Assembly: GCA_005879805.1 (NCBI GenBank)
Contig: VBKL01000044.1
Location: forward strand, 248-64,247
Length of the DNA stretch: 64,000 nt
Source of the DNA: Deltaproteobacteria bacterium
GTDB taxonomy: Bacteria; Myxococcota; Myxococcia; Myxococcales; 40CM-4-68-19
Direction: 5' to 3'
The number at the start of each line of letters is the position of its first letter. Within the stretch, counting starts at the first letter, position 1. The notes beneath the pieces are model-generated. The model was given only the letters and a program-made list of their open reading frames with translations. It was not told the origin of the DNA and did no database searches. Position numbers and translations under genes: made by a program. This document shows positions 28,374-36,143 of this stretch, in pieces.

Positions 28374-29258
28374 CTAGCAGAACGGAGGGATCTCGACGGT
28401 GATCGTGCCGGGTCCGGACGAGCCTGCCTGGAAGGTGAACTGCAGCGGCGAAAGCGGGTCGACGGCGGGCCCGTTGACCACCTCGCCGTCGAGGAGGAAC
28501 ACGGATCCGTGGCAGGGACAGTGCAGCCGACCCGTGAGCGGTAGCACCGTGCAGGTGAGGTGGGTGCAGAGCGCGGAGAAGACGAGAAAGCCGCCCTGGG
28601 CAGTGACAGGAGGGTCAGGGCGGGTCACGACGATGGGGGAGGGGGCGCCGTCGGGATGACCGACCACCGCTCCGCCCGGAGATTGCAGCGTCCGGTACTT
28701 CGGCTCGGCGAGGTCGATGACCACCGATCCGTTTGTTACCGGCGGAAAGACCTTGTCGCCCGCGAAGAGGTTGACGACGACCGATCCCGAGGCGTCGAGG
28801 ATTGCGGGATAGGTCTGGAGATCGGTAACGGCCGGTCCGCTCAGCACCGTCCCGTCGCCGGCGAAGCGCGAACCGTGGCACGGGCACTCCGCCTGGCGGT
28901 CCTTCTCGACCCAGGCGATCTCGCAGTTCGCATGGGGACAGAGCGCGCTCATGGCGAGGATGCCGGATCCCGTGTTCACGATCAGAACCGGATTGGCGAC
29001 GCATGGGTTGTGGGCGACGATGGCCCCGCCCGCGCGAGCGAGCTCGCGAAAGTCGCTCGTAGAGAGGACGAGCTTCCCGTCCACCGGCGCGCCGACGTTC
29101 ACGTCGCGGTCAGGCGAGATCCGGCCACACCCCACCAGCGCCCCGACTGCGGGAGCGCAGGCCGCGAGGGCGGCGCCGCGCATGAGTTGCCTGCGCGAGC
29201 AACCCTGCCCGGGCATGCCGGTCGGCAAAGCGATCACTGGAAGCTTGTCGTCTGCCAT
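28374..29258 (-). CDS. Tat-exported protein with two tandem Rieske [2Fe-2S] domains
   Basis: ORF 28374..29258. Twin-arginine motif 'SRRQLMRGAAL'. Cluster 1 is 'CPHANC...CPCHGSRF'; cluster 2 is 'CTHLTC...CPCHGSVF'. Both carry the extra Cys pair of bc-type Rieske proteins. Confidence 0.88.
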   Translation of the reverse strand: MADDKLPVIALPTGMPGQGCSRRQLMRGAALAACAPAVGALVGCGRISPDRDVNVGAPVDGKLVLSTSDFRELARAGGAIVAHNPCVANPVLIVNTGSGILAMSALCPHANCEIAWVEKDRQAECPCHGSRFAGDGTVLSGPAVTDLQTYPAILDASGSVVVNLFAGDKVFPPVTNGSVVIDLAEPKYRTLQSPGGAVVGHPDGAPSPIVVTRPDPPVTAQGGFLVFSALCTHLTCTVLPLTGRLHCPCHGSVFLLDGEVVNGPAVDPLSPLQFTFQAGSSGPGTITVEIPPFC

Positions 29259-29266
29259 GCGCCTTC

Positions 29267-29923
29267 TCAGAAGGTGAGGACGAGGAAACCCGCGGCCGTT
29301 GCCGCGAGCGTGGTGTAGCCGACGATCTGGTGCGCGACCGCGAAGTTGCGCTGCGCGAGCGTGCCTTCCTTGCCCGCCGTGAGGATGCCGAGCACGATCT
29401 GGGTCGCCATTCCCGCGGTGGCGACGATCATCGTCGCCTTGTGCAGGGTGGCGGTGTCGAGCCGGAGAGGCTTCTCGAAAGGGTTGGGAGCGAGGACCGA
29501 GAGGATCCCGGTCGCCGCGAAGACTCCCGCGGCGGTGTACGCGACCAGCGTGTGCGGCGTCCTGTAGGTCCCGATGTCCCCGCCGCCCCCGTACTTGTCG
29601 ATGTAATTGAGCTGCCCGAGGACCACCGTCGCCGTCATGGTGGCGAGAGTGGCGTATCCGCCGATCTGGTGGAGTCGCAGGAGCGTCCTGCGCCGGTTGA
29701 CCTCGCTCTGGATACGCGCCTGTCTCGCGAGCGCGGCGGCGTCCGGCTTCTTTTCGGGCGCGAGCAGGTTGAAGTCGTCGTCCGGCGGCTTCGTCTTCGG
29801 AGGCTCGGTTCCCTGCGACTGCGGCGACGACTGGGCGAGCAGCGCTGCCTCACGGAGCGAAAGGAGGGTCGGGCTCGGGTGGAAGACCGGCGCGACGGCG
29901 ATGAGGACGGCGAGAGAGATCAT
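29267..29923 (-). CDS. Membrane protein with four His-initiated TM helices (putative di-haem b-type)
   Basis: Inside ORF 29267..29953 starting at MISLAVLIAV (ATG 29923; 1-nt TGATG overlap with the upstream gene). A Pro/Lys-rich linker is followed by 4 hydrophobic helices beginning 'LHQIGGYAT', 'PHTLVAYTA', 'LHKATMIVA' and 'AHQIVGYTT'. Confidence 0.6.
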   Translation of the reverse strand: MISLAVLIAVAPVFHPSPTLLSLREAALLAQSSPQSQGTEPPKTKPPDDDFNLLAPEKKPDAAALARQARIQSEVNRRRTLLRLHQIGGYATLATMTATVVLGQLNYIDKYGGGGDIGTYRTPHTLVAYTAAGVFAATGILSVLAPNPFEKPLRLDTATLHKATMIVATAGMATQIVLGILTAGKEGTLAQRNFAVAHQIVGYTTLAATAAGFLVLTF

Positions 29924-30492
29924 CAGTTCCTCTGCGCGCCCTGCGCGATCCATTGCCGGACCACCGCCACCGCCTCCGGGCAGATGGTTCCCGGAGCATC
30001 GGCAGGCATTCCCGATCCGTACTGAGGATTTGCAGGGTCCGTGAGCTGGAGCTTGCGGACGAGGAAGCTGCCCTCGGGGCTATCGTCCTCAGGCTTGACG
30101 AGGATGAATGTCTGTAGGTGCACGGTGGCGCCGAGGTTCCGGGCGGTGCGGTTGACGAGATTCGTGAACGGGTCGGTCGAGAGATCGAGGCCGCTCGAGC
30201 TCGCCGCGCCTCCACTGGAATGGCAATTGATTGCTTTCTCGCCGCTGACCCCGCACGAGACGCGGAAAAGGCCCTTGTCGATGCTGGAGAGCTTCGGCTC
30301 GAGGGCAGGGCAGGTGCGCGTTCCCTGCAAGCACTGCCCCGCGGAGCAGAAGGCATTCGCTCCGCAATCCGGGTCGATGGCGCAGTCGACCGGTTGCACC
30401 GCGGGACCGCACGCTGCCGCGAAAAGCGCCGCGGCGCACGTGACCGCGAGAGCGGCACCTATCCTCGCCCCGGATCCCCCCATGCCCCTCAT
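29923..30492 (-). CDS. Lipoprotein with PSCyt1 (planctomycete cytochrome c)-like domain
   Basis: 3' part of ORF 29923..31017 starting at MRGMGGSG (ATG 30492). Lipobox 'LFAAAC'. '...SCGVSGEKAINCHSSGG...GLDLS...VKPEDDSPEGSFLVRKL...MP...VAVVRQWIAQGA' follows the PSCyt1 pattern, but with C-X9-CH instead of CxxCH. Confidence 0.55.
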   Translation of the reverse strand: MRGMGGSGARIGAALAVTCAAALFAAACGPAVQPVDCAIDPDCGANAFCSAGQCLQGTRTCPALEPKLSSIDKGLFRVSCGVSGEKAINCHSSGGAASSSGLDLSTDPFTNLVNRTARNLGATVHLQTFILVKPEDDSPEGSFLVRKLQLTDPANPQYGSGMPADAPGTICPEAVAVVRQWIAQGAQRN

Positions 30493-31052
30493 CACTGGCG
30501 CGCCTCGAAAAGGAGGTTGCCCTCGATGGTCATCTTGTCGTCCACCTTGACGAGCAGCAACTCCGGCCGCTCGACCTTGTGGGCATCGAGGCTGACCGGG
30601 AAGCTGAACTTCGCGCGGATGCCCGATCCCTCGGGCGTCAGCGTCACGGGGATCGTCTGCCGCTCGCTCTCGCCGTTCAACTCCACGCGCGCGTCGAGCG
30701 GAAGCTGCGTCGGTCCCGAGAGCGGAAGCTGCAACGACGGCAGGGTGCCCTTCACCTCCACGTAGGGGTGCGCGGCCTCGTGGGTCGCCTCGCGCATGTG
30801 CGAATCGCGGTTGGAGTTCCCGCTGTCGAACGAGGCCACCGGCACGCGCACCTGTACGAGCGTGGGCCCGCCGGACTGGATCTTGGCGAGGCCTTCCAGC
30901 TTGCGCGACGTTCCGTGCACCTCGTGGAGCTTGTGCACGAGGGTGTACGTGATCGCGCCCTCCTTCACTCCGTAGAGCGAGACGGGCGTCTGCTGCGCCA
31001 GCGCGGCGCAGACGCAAACGACCGTCGCGGCAACGGCGATGCGAGCGCGCAT
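30492..31052 (-). CDS. YceI-like periplasmic protein
   Basis: ORF 30492..31055. Signal peptide MRARIAVAATVVCVCAALA. 'VASFDSGNSNRDSHMRE' is typical of the YceI family. Confidence 0.8.
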   Translation of the reverse strand: MRARIAVAATVVCVCAALAQQTPVSLYGVKEGAITYTLVHKLHEVHGTSRKLEGLAKIQSGGPTLVQVRVPVASFDSGNSNRDSHMREATHEAAHPYVEVKGTLPSLQLPLSGPTQLPLDARVELNGESERQTIPVTLTPEGSGIRAKFSFPVSLDAHKVERPELLLVKVDDKMTIEGNLLFEARQ

Positions 31053-31124
31053 CAACGGATGCGGGCCGGGATCCGGGCGGCGAGAGGTTCGAGCGAGGAG
31101 AAGGTCGTCATTGGCCTCCGGGGG

Positions 31125-31904
31125 TCAGGTGTGCGGCAATGCGCCTACGAGGACGATCGGTCCGAGCGGCTGGGGCGCCCCTCCTGCCGATTCCACCGTG
31201 ACGGCCAGCGCGTCCGGCGTCTCGCTGAGCAGGGCGGGATCGATGCGAGCGAGAATCGCGCCTGAGGGCTGCGTACGCAAGAGGCCTGCGGGGAGCTTCT
31301 TGTCGCCGCGGATGACCCAAAGCTCATAATCCTTCCCCGAAGGGGCCGGCGGCCCCGCCGCGTATAGGACCGCCGCTCGCGACGGCAGATTCACCAGCGC
31401 GCGGGCCGTGATGCTCGCGCCCGCTTGCTGGGGCGCAAGGGCGACGACCTGCGTCGAGGGAGAGGCGAGAAGGGCGAGCGCCTCGCGCTGGAGCACCGCG
31501 TCGCTCCGGGCCTCGGCGAGGTCGCGGGCGCACTGATCGCGCTCGGCGCTGGCTGCGCCAAGGGTGGCGGCGCGACGCTCCGCGCGGATGCGCGCCCCTT
31601 GCACCCCGACGACCGCGAGGGCGAGCGCGGCGGCGACGGCCCAACCCGTCCAGGTGCGGATGGCCGCCGCACGCGGCTTCTGCTCGATGCGAGAAGCGAT
31701 GCCTTGCCAGACGCGCGCATCCGGGCGCAAAGGCGGCAAGGATCGTCCCACCGCATCCCAGGTGTCGGAGGCCCGCCGCAGCGCCTCGAAGCATCCGTCG
31801 TGCGTCGGTTCGCCGAGATGCTGCTCGGCGGCGGAACGCTCGGGAGGATCGAGCGCTCCGGCGGCGAACAGCGCGGCGATCTCCTTGAACTCGACGCAGG
31901 TCAT
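31125..31904 (-). CDS. Anti-sigma factor (RskA-like, single TM)
   Basis: 3' part of composite ORF 31125..32978 starting at MTCVEFKE (ATG 31904; ATGA overlap with the sigma gene stop). Central TM 'WAVAAALALAVVGV'. C-terminal 'DYELWVIRGDKKLPAGLL'. Confidence 0.75.
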   Translation of the reverse strand: MTCVEFKEIAALFAAGALDPPERSAAEQHLGEPTHDGCFEALRRASDTWDAVGRSLPPLRPDARVWQGIASRIEQKPRAAAIRTWTGWAVAAALALAVVGVQGARIRAERRAATLGAASAERDQCARDLAEARSDAVLQREALALLASPSTQVVALAPQQAGASITARALVNLPSRAAVLYAAGPPAPSGKDYELWVIRGDKKLPAGLLRTQPSGAILARIDPALLSETPDALAVTVESAGGAPQPLGPIVLVGALPHT

Positions 31905-32494
31905 GGAAGCGCATTCCTCTTTTCGTCGTCGAGGAGCGCGGCGAGCTTTTCCAGGGCGAGGCGGACCCGCGTCTTCACGGTACCGAGCGGGTCGCCAGTG
32001 CGCTCGGCGATCTCGCGCTGCGTCAGGCCGGCGAAATAGGAAAGCTCGATGGCGCCGCGCTGCTCCGCGGGCAACGCCGCGAGGGCGCGCTGCACCCGCT
32101 CGCGATCCTGCCGCTGCACGGCTGACTCGATGGGCAAGGGCGACGGCTCCGGCTCCTCGCGAGCGGATGCGGCGACGGCCCGCTCCGCGCTTCCCCGCGA
32201 CCGGAGGCGGTCGAGGGCGCGGCTTCTGCAAACGGCGAGGACGAACGACGATGCGCTGCCGCGCCGCGGATCGAAGCTCGCCGCCCGTCGCCAGACCTCG
32301 ACGAACGCCTCCTGCACCACGTCCTCCGCCTCGGACTTCGCACGCAGGATGCGGAAAGCGACCGCAAGCGCCGCCGCGGCGTGGTGATCGTAGAGCGTGC
32401 GCAGGGCCCGGGAGTCTCCCGCTGCGACGCGCCGCAAGAGCGGCTGGTCGGCCTCCGCGCGACCCACGACGCCGAGCAGCGCGGCGAGGAGCAT
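31901..32494 (-). CDS. ECF (group IV) RNA polymerase sigma factor
   Basis: ORF 31901..32662. Region 2 'AEDVVQEAFVEVWRRA' and region 4 'LSYFAGLTQREIAERTGDPLGTVKTRV'. ATG 32494 preferred; ATG 32545 possible. Confidence 0.85.
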   Translation of the reverse strand: MLLAALLGVVGRAEADQPLLRRVAAGDSRALRTLYDHHAAAALAVAFRILRAKSEAEDVVQEAFVEVWRRAASFDPRRGSASSFVLAVCRSRALDRLRSRGSAERAVAASAREEPEPSPLPIESAVQRQDRERVQRALAALPAEQRGAIELSYFAGLTQREIAERTGDPLGTVKTRVRLALEKLAALLDDEKRNALP

Positions 32495-32648
32495 GGCTTG
32501 TGTGCGATACCCCGGCGGGCGCAGGGCTGCAACCCCGGCCGTCATGCAAGGGGTACGGAGCCGGAAGGCCCGTGGATTCGTGCCCGAAAACGGAGCGCGC
32601 GCTCTTACAGCGCGGTGGCCTCGCCCTTGCGTTCCGCCGCGCGCTGCC

Positions 32649-32978
32649 CTCTTCGTACTCATCGGGGATGGAGAGGCAGCCCTCGGTGTAGCTGAACTCG
32701 CCCTCCGCCTCGCGGATGACCGGGTCGATGAGCCAGAAGAGGCCTTCCCCCTTCTTCTTGGGGGCCTCGCCCTCCTTCGGCTTCTGCTCGACGTCCATGG
32801 CGATGATGTTCTGGTGCACGCCGACCTGGGGCGCGGCGAGGCCGACGCCGTGCGATTCGTACATGGTCTCGGCCATGTCGTCGCACAGCTTGCGGACGGC
32901 GGCGTCCACCGCGCCGACGGGCTTTGCCTTCTGCTTGAGGCGGGGATCGGGCCAGATGAGGATTTCGCGCAAAGCCAT
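32649..32978 (-). pseudogene. def: Peptide deformylase, 3'-truncated (lacks HExxH motif)
   Basis: The first 110 codons of ORF 31125..32978 carry 'GVGLAAPQVG' and 'EGCLSIP'. After '...DEYEE' similarity ends, and no 'HExDH' occurs in any frame before the sigma gene. Confidence 0.7.
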
Positions 32979-33067
32979 GCTTCGGATTGCCCTCCGTCAC
33001 TGGAGCGGACGCGCTTTCCAATCTAACGCGGTTCCAGGGATTCCGCCCACAACGGATCGATTCGTCG

Positions 33068-35437
33068 TCAGGCCAACGAGGCCGGGTCGACGTCGACCGC
33101 GAGTTCCACGCCCGGCGGTAACCGCTCCGACAACAGCGCCCGGGCCAGCCGATGGAGCGGGGCGTGCGCGTCGGCCCGCAGCAGCACCTGGAGCCGCTCT
33201 TTGCCGCGCAGCCGGGCGATGGGGGCCGGCGCCGGGCCGAGAACCTCGATTCGCTCTCCCCTCGATGCGGCCTCCCGGGCCCGTGCAGCCAGGCGCTCGG
33301 CTGCTCCCTCGACCTTGGCGAGGGCGTTCCCCTGGATGCGCAGGGCGATGAGTCGCGACCAGGGCGGAAACCGCAGCGCCTGCCGTCGCAGGTCTTCGAC
33401 GTCGGCGAAAGCCTTGTAGTCTCGGGCATATGCGATTGCGGGCTCCTCGGGCCGGAGGGCCTGGAGGATCACGCGTCCCGGCTGGGTGCCGCGGCCCGCC
33501 CGTCCAGACACCTGTGCGAGAAGCTGGACGCAACGTTCTGCGGCGCGGAAGTCGGGCATGTGGAGCGGGCCGTCGGCATCGATGACGCCCACCAGCGTCA
33601 CTCCGGGGAAATCGTGGCCCTTGGCCACCATCTGGGTGCCGGCCAGGACGTCGATTTCACGGCGGGCGAACCTGGCGAGGATGGCCGCGGCACGGCCTGA
33701 AGCCGCGGCCGCATCGCGGTCGAGCCGGGCGATGCGCGCCTTGGGGATGATGCGCGAAAGCTCCTCCTCGAGATGCTGGGTTCCGAACGAAAGCGGCGCG
33801 ATGCGCAGCGATCCACAGACCGCGCAAGCGCGCGGCATCTCCTCGTGCCCGCAGAGGTGGCAGCGCAGCATGGTTCCGCCCGCGCGATGGAGGACGAGGG
33901 CCACCGAGCAGTTCGGACAGCCGACGGCGCTGCCGCAGTCCTTGCAAAGGAGGCTGCGCTCCTGGCCGCGTTTGTTGAGGAAGAGGATCGCTTGCTCCGA
34001 GCGGGCCACGCATTCCTGCAAGGCACGAGCGAGTGCGTCGGTGAGAAGCTTTCCGGCGGGGACCTGCTTGCGATCGACGATCTCGATCGCCGGCAGCGGC
34101 CTTCCGTCGACGCGCTCGGGAAGCCTGAGCACGGTGAGCTTGCCTTCCGCGGCCCTCCGCAACGTCTCCAGCGAAGGCGTGGCGCTGCCGAGCACCGCGA
34201 CCGCGCCGGCGTCCTTCGCCCGCACGAGGGCGAGATCGCGCGCGTTGTAGCGGAGGCGTTCCTCCTGCTTGTAGGAAGGCTCGTGCTCCTCGTCGACGAC
34301 GAGGATGCCGAGATGCGCGACCGGCGCGAACACCGCGCTGCGAGCGCCGACCACGATGCCCGCGCGCCCTTCGCGCACGCGGTGCCACTCGGCCTGCCGT
34401 TCGCGATCGGTGAGCCCAGAGTGGAGCACGGCCACGTCGTCGCCGAAGCGGGCGCGAAACCTGCCCGCGAGCTGGGGAGTGAGCGCGATCTCGGGAACGA
34501 GCGCGATGGCACCTTTCCCCTTCTCCCGCGCCCGGGCGATCGCTTCCATGTACACGAAGGTCTTGCCGCTCCCGGTCGCGCCGTGCAGCAGGAATGGCGC
34601 GAAGGTGGACGACTCGAGCGCCGCGCGGAGTTGACCGAGCGCCGCGAACTGGGCGGGGCTCGGCCGCAGGGCGCCTCCGCCCCAGGGCGCGTCCGGAGCC
34701 CGCAATGGTCCCGCTGGTTCGTTGCGGATCGTCGCCAGACCCCGGGCTACCAGCCGGCGCAGGTGCGGCCGGGATCCGGGGAATGCCGCAAGGAGCTCCT
34801 CGACCGGCACGCCTGCCTCGTCGCGGGCGAGAAGCCAGGCCAGCACCTCCGCTTGCCTCGGCGCTCTGGACGGCGGCTGCGCGCCTGGAACCGCGGCGGC
34901 GACTTCCACGTCGGGCGCCGGCCGCGCCGAGACGGCGACGCGGCGAAGCTCGATGAGTCCCCGTTTCTCCAGTGCCTGCAGACGGGCCCGGGCCACGGGT
35001 TTGCCGTCCGCCACCGCCTGCAGCAGCACGCGGGTGCGCGTCGCCGATCCCTTCGCCGCGGGAAGGAGCTCGGTCTGCGCCGACTCGACGAGCTCCCTGC
35101 CTCGCTCCGTGAGGACCCCGGAAAGCTCCTCCTTCAAGCCGCCCCCGGGTGGCAGGGCAGCGCGAATGGCGAGCCCGAGCGGCGACAGATAGTGCGCGGC
35201 GGCGAAGCGGCATAGCCTCACGACGTCGTCCGGCAAGAGGGGAGCGTCGTCGAATACGCGCAGCACCTCGCGCACCTCGCCGCGCGGGACGGAGGCTTCC
35301 CCGAGCACCACACCGGTCGCCGTGCGCGCGCCGAACGGGACGGCGACGCGCCGGCCCGGCTCCGCCACGAGCCCCGCGGGCAGCCGGTAGGTGAATACGC
35401 CGTCGTTCGCCGGGACCGGAAGCGCGACCTCGATCAG
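33068..35437 (-). CDS. priA: Primosomal replication-restart helicase PriA
   Basis: ORF 33068..35368. Walker A 'GATGSGKT', 'VVDEEHE', and a Cys-rich zinc region 'CKDCGS...CPNCS...CHLCG...CAVCGS'. PriA-like sequence 'LIEVALPVPANDGVFTYRLP' continues upstream of GTG 35368 with no ATG/GTG/TTG, so CTG 35437 is proposed. The conservative start is 35368. Confidence 0.88.
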   Translation of the reverse strand: MIEVALPVPANDGVFTYRLPAGLVAEPGRRVAVPFGARTATGVVLGEASVPRGEVREVLRVFDDAPLLPDDVVRLCRFAAAHYLSPLGLAIRAALPPGGGLKEELSGVLTERGRELVESAQTELLPAAKGSATRTRVLLQAVADGKPVARARLQALEKRGLIELRRVAVSARPAPDVEVAAAVPGAQPPSRAPRQAEVLAWLLARDEAGVPVEELLAAFPGSRPHLRRLVARGLATIRNEPAGPLRAPDAPWGGGALRPSPAQFAALGQLRAALESSTFAPFLLHGATGSGKTFVYMEAIARAREKGKGAIALVPEIALTPQLAGRFRARFGDDVAVLHSGLTDRERQAEWHRVREGRAGIVVGARSAVFAPVAHLGILVVDEEHEPSYKQEERLRYNARDLALVRAKDAGAVAVLGSATPSLETLRRAAEGKLTVLRLPERVDGRPLPAIEIVDRKQVPAGKLLTDALARALQECVARSEQAILFLNKRGQERSLLCKDCGSAVGCPNCSVALVLHRAGGTMLRCHLCGHEEMPRACAVCGSLRIAPLSFGTQHLEEELSRIIPKARIARLDRDAAAASGRAAAILARFARREIDVLAGTQMVAKGHDFPGVTLVGVIDADGPLHMPDFRAAERCVQLLAQVSGRAGRGTQPGRVILQALRPEEPAIAYARDYKAFADVEDLRRQALRFPPWSRLIALRIQGNALAKVEGAAERLAARAREAASRGERIEVLGPAPAPIARLRGKERLQVLLRADAHAPLHRLARALLSERLPPGVELAVDVDPASLA

Positions 35438-35441
35438 GCGG

Positions 35442-36143
35442 TCAGCGGGCGTCTTCGTCCTCTTCCCGCGCCGCTCCTTCGCGGAAACCGCGGGTCTGCG
35501 TGACTTCGAAGCGGGCGACGAGCTTGTCGTCCTGGAACAGCTCGAGAAGGCGAGGGAACCAGTTGGCAGCCGCGGGATTGCCGTACCCGTAGAGGCGCAG
35601 GTCGACGAGCTTTCCGTCGCGGCGGGCGATGAGCCGGGCGGGCGCGAACGAGTCCTTGTAGAGCCACATCTGCGGCTTCGTCAGGTCGTGTGGTTGCGCA
35701 CCGATCAGGATCGCCACCTGGTCGCTCATGCGATCGAGGCCGATCACTGCTGCAAGGTCCGCGCCTGCCGCCTCGGCGGCGCCGCGCAGGACCTTCTCCG
35801 CGTCCGCGATGGTCAAGGTCCGGTAGGCGATGAGCGGACAGGCAAGCTCGAGGAGCGTGGCGTCGGGTCCCTCGCGGTCGGCGCGGGCGGCCGGGGTCGC
35901 CACCGTGTCCTTTACTTGTGGTCCGTTCTCGAAACGGCAGGAAAGTGGCAGCCGCAGCGCCAGCGTGCGCGGCTCCGGCTTCTGCCCGGCCACCGTGTAC
36001 ATGCCCTGCATGGTGGCCTCGCGCGAGCGCGATCCGTCCCGCGCGCGTTCGGCGGCGTGTCGCAGTGCCGAGCCCGGGCCCGGCACGTAGGCCGCGGCCG
36101 AGACCGCAGCCAACGCCAGAAGCGCCGCGGGAATCCGTCTCAT
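35442..36143 (-). CDS. Hypothetical secreted protein
   Basis: ORF 35442..36143. Signal peptide MRRIPAALLALAAVSAAA. GC3-rich. ATGA overlap with the galU stop. No motif recognised. Confidence 0.6.
   Translation of the reverse strand: MRRIPAALLALAAVSAAAYVPGPGSALRHAAERARDGSRSREATMQGMYTVAGQKPEPRTLALRLPLSCRFENGPQVKDTVATPAARADREGPDATLLELACPLIAYRTLTIADAEKVLRGAAEAAGADLAAVIGLDRMSDQVAILIGAQPHDLTKPQMWLYKDSFAPARLIARRDGKLVDLRLYGYGNPAAANWFPRLLELFQDDKLVARFEVTQTRGFREGAAREEDEDAR

Noticed and set aside
31125-32978. A 617-aa ORF apparently fusing deformylase to an anti-sigma factor.
   Set aside because: Only the first 110 and last 260 codons have real similarity. The middle is the alternate frame of the ECF sigma gene. 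The anti-sigma gene has its own ATG, coupled (ATGA) to the sigma stop.
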